From the sequence record SRR2962707_543: 38,994 nucleotides of DNA, one strand, 5' to 3'. Shown here piece by piece: positions 1-8,751 of the stretch (position 1 is the stretch's first letter; every line of letters starts with the position of its first letter). The translations under genes were made by a program, and so were the position numbers. A model generated the notes under the pieces. That model worked only from the letters and a program-made list of their open reading frames with translations, was not told the DNA's origin and searched no databases.

Positions 1-137
1 CTTTTTCTATCGCCGATATCACGGGCATTATTGCCGTGGATTTTTCCAAGCCAGCGCGCATCCAATATGAAGATGATCTCACGCATTTCCATCGTTGGGT
101 CGAAGCGACACGGGCGCGGGCAAGTTATCAACCGTGA
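1..137 (+). CDS. Glutathione S-transferase, C-terminal fragment (5' truncated by window edge; not in ORF track)
   Basis: Frame +3 (3..137) reads FSIADITGIIAVDFSKPARIQYEDDLTHFHRWVEATRARASYQP*, with the GST N-capping motif FS(I)AD and a W...R-x-S ending. Its TGA overlaps the GTG start of the next gene (GTGA 134-137). Confidence 0.8.
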   Translation, partial: FSIADITGIIAVDFSKPARIQYEDDLTHFHRWVEATRARASYQP

Positions 138-739
138 GTTTGACGGCGTTATCTAAGCAAATTAGCAATTGCCGCCTTTGTGTTGAAGAACCAGTCGGCA
201 AACCACTACCACATGAGCCAAACCCTGTTTGTGTGTTGTCATCAAAGGCGCGCATTTGTATTAGCGGGCAAGCGCCGGGTGTTCGTGTTCATCATTCTGG
301 TAGACCGTTTACCGATCCATCGGGCGATCGTTTGCGCGAATGGATGGGCGTAGACGAAGATGTATTTTATGACGCATCTAAAATTGCGATTGTACCGATG
401 GGGTTCTGCTTTCCTGGTCATGATTCTAAGGGCGGTGATCTGCCCCCGCGCAAAGAGTGTCGCACCCGTTGGCATGATGAAGTCTATGCGGCCATGCCGC
501 AATTGGAGTTGGTTTTAGCGATTGGGCAATATGCGCAAGCCTACCATCTTGGGTCTGCTAGAAAAGACAATATGACTGATACAGTGGCAGCTTGGCGCGG
601 CTATTTAGCCGATGGAAAGCCTGCAATATTGCCCATGCCGCATCCGTCTTGGCGCAATAATGCGTGGTTGAAACGCAATGCGTGGTTTGCGGACGAATTG
701 TTGCCGGTTTTGCGCGAAAGGGTGCAGTCTCTGTTATAA
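134..739 (+). CDS. Uracil-DNA glycosylase superfamily protein
   Basis: N-terminal CxxC, GQAPG motif, PF.DPSG..LR.W, and MPHPSWRN motif. Start moved from 95 to GTG134 because of the GTGA overlap with the upstream stop. Confidence 0.88.
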   Translation: MSLTALSKQISNCRLCVEEPVGKPLPHEPNPVCVLSSKARICISGQAPGVRVHHSGRPFTDPSGDRLREWMGVDEDVFYDASKIAIVPMGFCFPGHDSKGGDLPPRKECRTRWHDEVYAAMPQLELVLAIGQYAQAYHLGSARKDNMTDTVAAWRGYLADGKPAILPMPHPSWRNNAWLKRNAWFADELLPVLRERVQSLL

Positions 740-753
740 ATTTCGCTTGTTTG

Positions 754-766
754 AGAATACAATTCT
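754..766. promoter_or_regulatory. Candidate Lrp-family operator AGAAT-ACA-ATTCT
   Basis: Palindrome resembling the Lrp consensus AGAATTTTATTCT, about 45 nt upstream of the Lrp-family gene start. Confidence 0.35.
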
Positions 767-809
767 GATAGTGAGGTCATTCGTCTCTAATATTGGAAAG
801 AATTACCCT

Positions 810-1283
810 ATGGATCGCCTCGACCGAAAAATCTTGAAGCTTGTGCAAGAGGATTCAACTATTGCAGTGGCTGACATTGCCAAGAAGGTCGGGTTGTCCA
901 CGACACCGTGCTGGCGGCGCATTCAAAAGCTGGAAGAAGAGGGCGTTATCCGCAAGCGCGTTGCGCTTCTTGATCCAATCGCAATTAACGCGCGCGTGAC
1001 GGTTTTTGTTTCCATTCGCACAAACACCCACTCTGTTGAATGGCTGAAGCGTTTTTCTGAAGTGATTGCGCAGTTTAATGAAGTCGTTGAATTTTACCGC
1101 ATGAGCGGTGAGGTGGATTACCTATTGCGCGTTGTTGTTCCGGACATCGCTGCCTTTGATGATTTTTATAAGCGCTTGATTGCCAAGATTGAAATTCGTG
1201 ATGTTTCATCCGCATTTGCTATGGAGCAAATTAAATATACGACGGAAATGCCGCTCGATTATATGATTGTCGATAAGGCTTAA
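810..1283 (+). CDS. Lrp/AsnC family transcriptional regulator (DecR/YbaO-like)
   Basis: MDRLDRKIL...VGLSTTPCWRRIQKLEEEGVI HTH, and AsnC effector domain FYRMSGEVDYLLRVVVPD...SSAFAMEQIKYTT. ATG810 is the family-typical start. Confidence 0.93.
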   Translation: MDRLDRKILKLVQEDSTIAVADIAKKVGLSTTPCWRRIQKLEEEGVIRKRVALLDPIAINARVTVFVSIRTNTHSVEWLKRFSEVIAQFNEVVEFYRMSGEVDYLLRVVVPDIAAFDDFYKRLIAKIEIRDVSSAFAMEQIKYTTEMPLDYMIVDKA

Positions 1284-1285
1284 AA

Positions 1286-2119
1286 TCAGCGCTTTAAATG
1301 CTCGGTCAGCCGCTTTTCAATCCAATTCCAAAGATTGCGGATGATTTCAACAATCGCGATGTAAAAGAACCCTGCATAGACATAGGTTTGGAAATCGAAT
1401 GTGCGCGAGAATGTGCGCCGAGTAACGCCCATCAGGTCAAGCACGGTGACGATGGCAACGATGGCTGAGCCTTTGACCATCAAGATAATTTCATTGCCAT
1501 AGGGGCGCAGCGCTACAATCATCGCCTGCGGCATGATGATTTTTCTAAATATCTGGAAACGGCTAAGGCCGAGGGCGCGGCCACCTTCCCATTGTCCTTT
1601 GGGAACGCTTTCAATGGCGCCGCGCAAAATTTCAGCCTGATAGGCGGCGGTGTTGAGTGTAAAGGCGAGGAGGGCGCAGTTCCACGCTTCGCGCAAAAAG
1701 CCCCAAAGGCCAAAGGCTTCAAGCTCGGTTCTAAATGATCCAACGCCGTAATAGATTAAAAATAGCTGGGCGATCAGCGGTGTGCCGCGGAAGAAATAGA
1801 CATAGGAGTAGGCAATTGCATTGAGCAAATTGCTCGATGACATGCGCATGAATGCGATGGGCAGCGATAAAGCCGCGCCAAGAAGAATTGATGTGCCGAC
1901 AAGCGAAAGAGTGACGCCAAGACCATCAATATAGGCGGGCGCATAGCGCGCCATCTTTTCAGGATCCCAAGAAATAAAGAGCCAGAATACAAGGGCAAAA
2001 GCGACGATTGCCCAAAATGCAACAAGACCATTGCCGGTAACACGTTCTGCTGTCCATACCCGATCACGGATTGGTGGAGCAGGTAGATCCGGTAGCATTT
2101 CTTGATTGATAATTGCCAT
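1286..2119 (-). CDS. Polar amino acid ABC transporter permease (HisM/ArtM/OccM type)
   Basis: FFRGTPLIAQLF, LNTAAYQAEILRGAI, EAA-like loop GQWEGGRALG. Confidence 0.93.
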   Translation of the reverse strand: MAIINQEMLPDLPAPPIRDRVWTAERVTGNGLVAFWAIVAFALVFWLFISWDPEKMARYAPAYIDGLGVTLSLVGTSILLGAALSLPIAFMRMSSSNLLNAIAYSYVYFFRGTPLIAQLFLIYYGVGSFRTELEAFGLWGFLREAWNCALLAFTLNTAAYQAEILRGAIESVPKGQWEGGRALGLSRFQIFRKIIMPQAMIVALRPYGNEIILMVKGSAIVAIVTVLDLMGVTRRTFSRTFDFQTYVYAGFFYIAIVEIIRNLWNWIEKRLTEHLKR

Positions 2120-2823
2120 TAGCGGACATCTCCGCGTTTGCTGATTGTTTCAATGCGTGAAAACACAATGGAAGAAAGCAGCGCCAATATGAGATAAAGC
2201 AGGCACGCCAAGCCAAAGAACATAAATGTTTCTTTGGTCACACGCGCGGCGATGCCGGTTTGGCGGATGATGTCGCTCAGGCCAACCACTGAAATCAGTG
2301 CCGTATCCTTGATCAAAATCATCCAAAGATTGCCTAGGCCGGGCAGTGCAATGCGCACAAGCTGCGGTATGATAACCTTGCGCATGGTTGCGCCCTTGGG
2401 AATGCCGAGTGCGTATGCGCCTTCATATTGGCCTTGAGGTATGGCGCGAAATGCGGAGAGAAATACTTCGCTGGCATAGGATGAAAAAACCAGCGCCAAA
2501 GCGATCATACCCGCAAAGAAGGCATTGATCTCAATGCCGCTATCAAAACCAAAGGCTTTTGAAATTTGTAATATCGCGATTTGCAGGCCGAAATAGACCA
2601 TGAAAATAGTCAAGAGTTCGGGCAATCCGCGGAAAATAGTTGTGTAGATGTCAGAAGCAATGCGCAGGCTGCGGTCGGTGCTTTGTTTGCCGAGGGCGAC
2701 CAGAAAACCAATAAAAAGCCCGATGGGAAGTGTTGCTAATGCAAGCGAAATTGTGATCACAACGCCGTGGGCGATTTCATCGCCCCAGCCTAAATCACCG
2801 AACCCAATTAGCTCCCAATTCAT
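2119..2823 (-). CDS. Polar amino acid ABC transporter permease (HisQ/ArtQ/OccQ type)
   Basis: YTTIFRGLPELL, GQYEGAYALG, ALPGLGNLWMILIKDTAL. 1-nt overlap with the downstream permease. Confidence 0.93.
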   Translation of the reverse strand: MNWELIGFGDLGWGDEIAHGVVITISLALATLPIGLFIGFLVALGKQSTDRSLRIASDIYTTIFRGLPELLTIFMVYFGLQIAILQISKAFGFDSGIEINAFFAGMIALALVFSSYASEVFLSAFRAIPQGQYEGAYALGIPKGATMRKVIIPQLVRIALPGLGNLWMILIKDTALISVVGLSDIIRQTGIAARVTKETFMFFGLACLLYLILALLSSIVFSRIETISKRGDVR

Positions 2824-2856
2824 TGGTGCGCATTATCCTTCATCTGTTGAATGTGA

Positions 2857-2888
2857 CAATGGCGGAAGTTTTTTGACTTCCGCCATTG
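2857..2888 (-). other. Intra-operonic stem-loop (perfect 13-bp stem, 6-nt loop)
   Basis: CAATGGCGGAAGT (2857-2869) pairs with ACTTCCGCCATTG (2876-2888), between the binding-protein and permease genes. No U-tract follows on the coding strand. Confidence 0.75.
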
Positions 2889-2906
2889 GTTCATTGGGTG
2901 AATGGA

Positions 2907-3683
2907 TTATTCGCCGTAAACGTCGAAACCAAAGTAGCTGTCGTTGATTTCTTTGTATTTGCCATTTTCGCGGATCGCTACAATCGCAGCGTTGAATTTT
3001 TCGCGTAGATCGTCTTCGCCTTTGCGGATGGCAATGCCAGCGCCTTCGCCGTTGATAACTGGATCGATTGGCAATACGCCAAGGATTTTACAGCAAGCGC
3101 CATCTTCAGTTTTTAGCCAGTCGCTGAGCACCACAACATCGTCGATCACAGCGTCGATACGGCCGCTTGCGATGTCGAGTTTATATTCGTCTGGTGTTGG
3201 GTATAGCTTCAACTCAGCTGAACCAAGTTTTTCTTCTGCATAGTTTGAGTGGGTTGTAGAAGACTGAGCGCCGAGCATTTTACCAGCCAAAGCAGCATCT
3301 GTTGCTTCTGTAATTGTCGAATCTTTTGGTACGGCAATTGCTGGCGGTGTGTTGTAGTATTTGTTGGTGAAGTCGACTTGCTCTTTGCGCTCGTCCGTAA
3401 TTGACATTGATGCGATGATTGCATCGAATTTGCCAGCAAGAAGAGCCGGAATGATGCCATCCCAATCTTGCGTTACGAATTCACAGTCTGCTTTCATTTC
3501 TTCGCAAAGCGCTTTTGCAATATCAATGTCAAAGCCAACCAATGAACCATCGGCTTCAAGATTGTTGAATGGAGGGTAGGCACCTTCAGTTCCGATTTTG
3601 ATTTTCATCATGTCGGCATTTGCCGCTCCCATTGAGAGCGCAATCGCTGCAACTGATGATAGAATTACTTTAGTAAAACGCAT
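2907..3683 (-). CDS. Amino acid ABC transporter substrate-binding protein (HisJ/ArgT, family 3)
   Basis: Signal peptide MRFTKVILSSVAAIALSMGAANA, then GTEGAYPPFN, GFDIDIAKALC, WDGIIPAL, SMSITDERK. Start set at ATG3683. Confidence 0.94.
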   Translation of the reverse strand: MRFTKVILSSVAAIALSMGAANADMMKIKIGTEGAYPPFNNLEADGSLVGFDIDIAKALCEEMKADCEFVTQDWDGIIPALLAGKFDAIIASMSITDERKEQVDFTNKYYNTPPAIAVPKDSTITEATDAALAGKMLGAQSSTTHSNYAEEKLGSAELKLYPTPDEYKLDIASGRIDAVIDDVVVLSDWLKTEDGACCKILGVLPIDPVINGEGAGIAIRKGEDDLREKFNAAIVAIRENGKYKEINDSYFGFDVYGE

Positions 3684-3839
3684 GGAAAGTTCCTCTGTAG
3701 TATACACACATTTGGCTGCCGTAAGGGCAGCTAAAACCCAGTTTTCTTGGATTAAATCGATATTCCCACTAGTTTGCCTAATAATGCAACAGAAAAAATT
3801 ATGAATATTTTCTGCTCAAACTTTGGGCGTGTTTTGTGG

Positions 3840-4394
3840 TTATTTTCCGCCGCGCATTGGCTTTAACATACGCGTTCGATTACCCGATTTTTTGTCCAAA
3901 ATCACGTGCTTTAGGAAGCCAAGCAGATGTAAGGCAAATAGAGGAATAAGGGCGTGGCCAGCGATATCATGGGCTTCTTCTAAAAATGAATTGATATTCT
4001 CATTGCCGCCATAGGGCGCTGTCCAACTAAAAACATCAAAGAATTTATAGGCTTGCCCATCAAACAACGGAATGAGGATACCGCTTAAAACTGCGACAAA
4101 GATAGAGATCAGCATGCCGATCATGACCATGCGGGCTAAAAAATTTAATGCTGGATGCTGGTCGCCAGCGCGCGGAAAACCGCCAGTCCAGCGGGATATG
4201 ACACGCGCAAAAAGCGGAATAGTCAGCAAAAGGCCAATGGATACATGCGCGTTTAGCAGATCGTCTTCATGGGAGAAAAATAGAAAAATGACTGCAACAG
4301 CGCCGAGCCAATGAAAGATGATGGATGTTAGCGAATAATTGGCCGCCGGATCATTTTTGCCGCTGGCAACGTGATGTTCGTATTTCTCAGGCAT
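3840..4394 (-). CDS. Cytochrome b561 family (CybB/YceJ-like) di-heme membrane protein
   Basis: Four hydrophobic helices with His in FHWLG, AHVSIG, AHDIAG and LHLLG. C-terminal KH...RM. Confidence 0.85.
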   Translation of the reverse strand: MPEKYEHHVASGKNDPAANYSLTSIIFHWLGAVAVIFLFFSHEDDLLNAHVSIGLLLTIPLFARVISRWTGGFPRAGDQHPALNFLARMVMIGMLISIFVAVLSGILIPLFDGQAYKFFDVFSWTAPYGGNENINSFLEEAHDIAGHALIPLFALHLLGFLKHVILDKKSGNRTRMLKPMRGGK

Positions 4395-4397
4395 GAT

Positions 4398-5669
4398 CTA
4401 CTCTATTTGAAATGCGCTAAAGGGAATAAAGCGGACAATATCGCCGATTTCCACTTTGCTGATATTTTCTGGGATTTCAATGAGGCCTGTCGCCAATCTA
4501 AGGCCAGTGATCAAGCCAGATCCATCGCGTTGGAATTTTTGTGCTTTGGTGTCGCCGTTTTTATCGGTTTCAAGCCAGCCGCGCAAAAACTCGCGGCGAT
4601 CTGTTTTCTTCGACTTTATCTCAAAATTGGCAGGTACTTTAACCGCGATGGGCGCTTTATGCTTTGCACCGATTAAGCCCGCTATCAGCGGAAGACCGTA
4701 GAGCAGGGTGCAGACCATGGACGCGACCGGATTTCCCGGTAAACCGATAACTGCGCAATTGCCGATCTGGCCGATCATCATCGGGCGGCCCGGCTTGATA
4801 GCGATTTGCCATAAATGGCGTTTGCCCAATTTGCCAAGCGCGTTGAGCGCATGATCTTCATCGCCGCGCGATGCACTGCCGGATGTGAATATGAGGTCAT
4901 GATCTTGGGCTAGCGCGGAAAGTTTTTCCGTCAGCGCAGCCTCTATGTCGGGCAGGATACCGCCATCGGTAATCTGCGTTAATTTTTCAGGTAGAAGCGC
5001 CATGACCATGGCGCGGTTTGCGTCAAAGACTTGGCTTTCGACCAGTGATTGGCCAGGTTCAATGATCTCATTGCCTGTTGATAGAATCGCAACGCGTAAT
5101 TTCTTGCGCACAAGGATGCTTGGCTTACCAATCGAAGCGAGCGCGGCGATGTGTCCTGCCGATAGTATTTCGCCTGTTTTAACAACGGGCGCGCCTTCTT
5201 TTAAGTCTTCGCCAGCGCGGCGGCAATTTGCGCCTTGCTTTAAGCCGCTTGGCACAAAGATTTCCCCATCTTCCGTGACTTCGCAATCTTCTTGCATCGC
5301 GACGCTATCGGCATTTTTCGGCATGACTGCGCCGGTGAAAATGCGAGCGCATTCGCCGGATTTCAGGCTCACTTGGTGGGGCTGACCTGCAGCGATCAGC
5401 GCGCCAAGGGAGAATAGCCCTTCGTGGTCGATATAATCTGCATGGCTAAACGCATAGCCATCAACGGCGGTATTGTCTGTGAGCGGTACATTGCGCGGGG
5501 CGATAACATCTTCGGCTACAACGCGGCCTGCAGCTTGATAAAGTGAGACGATTTCATCGCCAACTACCAAAGACACATTGCTCGCAATGGTCTCAAGGAC
5601 TTCTCCGTGTTTCATGCGGTCTTTATCGTGCAAGAAGCAATCATCGAGAAGTTTGCGGGTGTTTGTCAT
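4398..5669 (-). CDS. moeA: Molybdopterin molybdotransferase MoeA
   Basis: DNTAVDGYA, RIFTGAVMP, STGNEI, AIKPGRP, GLPGNPVAS, RREFLRG. Confidence 0.95.
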   Translation of the reverse strand: MTNTRKLLDDCFLHDKDRMKHGEVLETIASNVSLVVGDEIVSLYQAAGRVVAEDVIAPRNVPLTDNTAVDGYAFSHADYIDHEGLFSLGALIAAGQPHQVSLKSGECARIFTGAVMPKNADSVAMQEDCEVTEDGEIFVPSGLKQGANCRRAGEDLKEGAPVVKTGEILSAGHIAALASIGKPSILVRKKLRVAILSTGNEIIEPGQSLVESQVFDANRAMVMALLPEKLTQITDGGILPDIEAALTEKLSALAQDHDLIFTSGSASRGDEDHALNALGKLGKRHLWQIAIKPGRPMMIGQIGNCAVIGLPGNPVASMVCTLLYGLPLIAGLIGAKHKAPIAVKVPANFEIKSKKTDRREFLRGWLETDKNGDTKAQKFQRDGSGLITGLRLATGLIEIPENISKVEIGDIVRFIPFSAFQIE

Positions 5670-6175
5670 TATGCGTTCACCGCGTTTTGAGTAATAAAGT
5701 CTGCAATGGCTGCAACGTCATCACGATCAAAGCGAGGAAGTTCATCGTTGGGTAAATCTGCATTCGGCCCTAGGGCTAGCGCGACGACATTGTCAAAGCT
5801 GTCAAAGCGCAATTTGTCCGCGTCTTTAGCGACGAGCAGAATTTTTGGGTGGCTTTCGCTTTTAAAGCCCTCCACCAGCACCAGATCGCAGGGCGCAAGA
5901 TGGCCGACGAGTTCGCGCAGTGTCGGTTCTTCATCATCGGGCGCATTCTCATTCATCAAAGCCCAGCGCTTGGCGCTCGAAATGATCACTTGTGATGCGC
6001 CAGCGGTTCGATGTTGGTGGCTATCGGTGCCAGGCTGATCGATATCAAATTCATGATGGGCATGTTTGATCGATGAAACGACAAGGCCGCGCTTTGTCAG
6101 CTCTTCGATCAACCGCGCTGTGAGCGTGGTTTTGCCGCTGTTTTTAAAGCCAGAAATGCCGAAAATTTTGGTCAT
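5669..6175 (-). CDS. mobB: Molybdopterin-guanine dinucleotide biosynthesis protein B
   Basis: P-loop GFKNSGKTT, IKHAHHEFDID.PG.DS, DLVLVEGFK. Confidence 0.95.
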   Translation of the reverse strand: MTKIFGISGFKNSGKTTLTARLIEELTKRGLVVSSIKHAHHEFDIDQPGTDSHQHRTAGASQVIISSAKRWALMNENAPDDEEPTLRELVGHLAPCDLVLVEGFKSESHPKILLVAKDADKLRFDSFDNVVALALGPNADLPNDELPRFDRDDVAAIADFITQNAVNA

Positions 6176-6795
6176 GGTGCGGCTTCTAGCATCTTTGCAG
6201 CAGCCTTTAAATCTTCTGGGCTGTTGATATTGAAAAATGGATCACGGTCGTTCGTGAATGGGAAATCAACCAGCGTCCACGCATGGGTGCGCACCCAAGC
6301 CATGACTTTTAGATTGCCGGTTTCATGAAGCCATTTTTCTAGATCATCGCATAATGAAATTGGCCAAAGGGCAAATATCGGGTGATTAAAACCGCCTGAT
6401 TCCGCCATGATAATGCTGTTTGGGTCTGTGCTCGCTGCGACCAGCTTTTCAACCAGATCATCAGGAAAAAAAGGTGAGTCACTTGCGACGGTGACAACAT
6501 ATTTTGCCTCAGGATGGTTGCTGCGCGTCCACAGCAGTGCGGCGAGTAAGCCGGCGAGTGGCCCCTGATATCCTTCAATTGTATCGGGAAAAAGCGGCAA
6601 TCCAAGCGCTGTAAATTCATTATCAAGCGAATTGCTGTTTAAGGCTATCTTATTGACCTGTTTAGCTAATTTATCAGCCACATGTTCAATAATCCGTTTG
6701 TCACCCAGTGGCAAAAGTGTCTTGTCGCCGCCGCCCATCCGCGATGAACGGCCACCGGCAATAATAATGCCGACGATGCTATCACGCTCAATCAT
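6172..6795 (-). CDS. mobA: Molybdenum cofactor guanylyltransferase
   Basis: IIAGGRSSRMGGGDK, GPLAGL, DSPFFP, FFNINSPEDL. Start moved to ATG6795, giving an 8-nt overlap with fdhD. Confidence 0.94.
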   Translation of the reverse strand: MIERDSIVGIIIAGGRSSRMGGGDKTLLPLGDKRIIEHVADKLAKQVNKIALNSNSLDNEFTALGLPLFPDTIEGYQGPLAGLLAALLWTRSNHPEAKYVVTVASDSPFFPDDLVEKLVAASTDPNSIIMAESGGFNHPIFALWPISLCDDLEKWLHETGNLKVMAWVRTHAWTLVDFPFTNDRDPFFNINSPEDLKAAAKMLEAAP

Positions 6796-7675
6796 CACGG
6801 CTGCCTTTGCGTGCAAATTTGGAATCTTCCTCATCATCGCCCGATAGAGCAAGGTCGCGGATAATGCGCTCATGTCCTGATAGGGCGGTGAAGCGCTTGC
6901 CGCGGGCTCGGCCAATGAGCGTCAGGCCTGCGCTACGTGCAAGATCAACGCCCCATGCGGTAAAGCCTGAACGCGAAACAAGAATAGGAATGCCCATCAT
7001 CACGGTTTTAATCACCATTTCAGAGGTGAGGCGGCCTGTGGTGTAGAATATTTTGTCTTCAGCGCTCACCTTATTAAGGTGCATCCAACCGGCGATTTTA
7101 TCGACGGCGTTGTGCCTGCCAACATCTTCCATATAGACGAGCGCGCGGTCGTCTTGGCACAGCACACAGCCGTGGATCGCGCCTGCTGTTAAATAAAGGC
7201 TCGGCGTGGTGTTGATAGCTTTTGTGAGTGCATAGAGATGGGATGTTTTGATCGTGGCATTTTTGTTCAGCGCCACATCTTCAAACCCATCCATCATATT
7301 GCCGAAAACCGTGCCCTGTGCGCAGCCAGAGGTTTGCACTTTCTTTTTGAGCACGGCTTCATAATTTGTCTGCCGCATGGTGCGAACGACAACTACGCCC
7401 AGATCATCATCATAGTCGATTGCGGTAATCTCATCGCTGGGCAAAAGCATGCGTTGGTTCAATAGATAGCCCACAGCAAGCAAATCAGGATGATCACCAA
7501 TCGTCATCATGGTGACGATTTCTTGGCTGTTTAAATAAAGATTGAGCGGCTTTTCAGTCACCACATTGATTGAAACGGGATCGCCATTTTCATCAAAGCC
7601 AGTGACTGGCGTTGATAGGCCTTCGCCGTCTGGCGTTGGCGCAATGATATAGTCGTTTTTTGTGCTATTGCTCAT
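6788..7675 (-). CDS. fdhD: Formate dehydrogenase accessory sulfurtransferase FdhD
   Basis: TSGCAQG, GAIHGC, EDVGRHNAVDK, TTGRLTSEMVIK. Confidence 0.93.
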   Translation of the reverse strand: MSNSTKNDYIIAPTPDGEGLSTPVTGFDENGDPVSINVVTEKPLNLYLNSQEIVTMMTIGDHPDLLAVGYLLNQRMLLPSDEITAIDYDDDLGVVVVRTMRQTNYEAVLKKKVQTSGCAQGTVFGNMMDGFEDVALNKNATIKTSHLYALTKAINTTPSLYLTAGAIHGCVLCQDDRALVYMEDVGRHNAVDKIAGWMHLNKVSAEDKIFYTTGRLTSEMVIKTVMMGIPILVSRSGFTAWGVDLARSAGLTLIGRARGKRFTALSGHERIIRDLALSGDDEEDSKFARKGSRDD

Positions 7676-7727
7676 TGCCTATATATGCCGAAAAGCGGTG
7701 CGGGTCTCAATGCCCGCAACGCATATA

Positions 7728-8663
7728 TTAAGTGCCGCGCGCGCCAGGCATCGTCGCGGCCGATTCTGTTGCCGCTTGAATTGAGCGGCTGCGCTGATGT
7801 TCGCGCAGAAGCGTATAAAGACCGCTGCCAACAATGATTGCTGCGCCGATGAATGTCCAAATATCGGGTAATGTGCCGAATACGAAATAGCCCAAAACGA
7901 TTGCCCAGAGCAGGGATGTATAACGGAATGGCGCAACGGTGGCGACATCGCCGCTGCGCATTGCCAGCACGTTAAATTGATAGCCGATGAGCAGGAAGCA
8001 TGCGGCGAAAATCATCTGAACGACCATTATTGTGCTTACTGGCTGCCAACCACCATAGGGAACGATGAGAACAAGGCCGAGCAATGAGACCGATGACGCT
8101 GTTACCAATGAAACAAGGAGAGAGGAAATATTGTGGTCAAGCTTTCTGGTCGCTAGATCGCGCGCGCCCGCAAAAAATACCGCAAATACCAACAGCAATG
8201 CATATACGTTAAATCCGTCTGGACCCGGTCGCATAACGATCAAGACGCCGACAAATCCAACGAGGATAGCCGATATACGACGCCAACCAACGCGTTCTTT
8301 CAAGAAGAAAACCGCACCGAGCGTTACCACAAGCGGCAGTGCTTGCATGATCGCGGAGCCATTTGCGACCGGTAATTGCGCAAAGCCGGTAATAAAGGTC
8401 ACTGTCGCGATGGCTTCTAAAAACACGCGTAATATAAGCGGCCAAGTTTTCAATTGTGCAATCTGAATGGGCTTTCTTTCCCAGATTACCAAAATCGCGA
8501 GAAACACCACGACGATTAGCCCGCGTGTGAACATAACCTGCGCGACATTAAGCTCGTGGGTCAGCGTTTTTGTTATGACATCGTTGATTACGAAGCCTGA
8601 CATCGCCAGCGCCATAAACGCCGAAGCGCGAAAATTTGCAGAAATTGCCATCAAAGGACTCAA
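7728..8663 (-). CDS. DMT/EamA family transporter
   Basis: About 10 TM helices in two EamA repeats, LKERVGWRR, APFRYTSLLWA, GAAIIVGSGLY. Start uncertain (TTG8663 or ATG8651). Confidence 0.9.
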   Translation of the reverse strand: MSPLMAISANFRASAFMALAMSGFVINDVITKTLTHELNVAQVMFTRGLIVVVFLAILVIWERKPIQIAQLKTWPLILRVFLEAIATVTFITGFAQLPVANGSAIMQALPLVVTLGAVFFLKERVGWRRISAILVGFVGVLIVMRPGPDGFNVYALLLVFAVFFAGARDLATRKLDHNISSLLVSLVTASSVSLLGLVLIVPYGGWQPVSTIMVVQMIFAACFLLIGYQFNVLAMRSGDVATVAPFRYTSLLWAIVLGYFVFGTLPDIWTFIGAAIIVGSGLYTLLREHQRSRSIQAATESAATMPGARGT

Positions 8664-8751
8664 GTTGAGAGTGTGTATCTCCGCCTTAGCACCAAGAATG
8701 ACACTCTCCTAGAGCGCAATTGTCACCCTGTCATGTTTGGAATTGACGGCT

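Noticed and set aside
678..809. Apparent UDG/Lrp overlap and N-terminal extension of Lrp
   Set aside because: The family-typical start is ATG810.
6796..6915. Apparent 128-nt mobA/fdhD overlap in the ORF track
   Set aside because: Artifact of the longest-ORF start; the MobA fold begins at MIERDSIVGIIIAGG (ATG6795).
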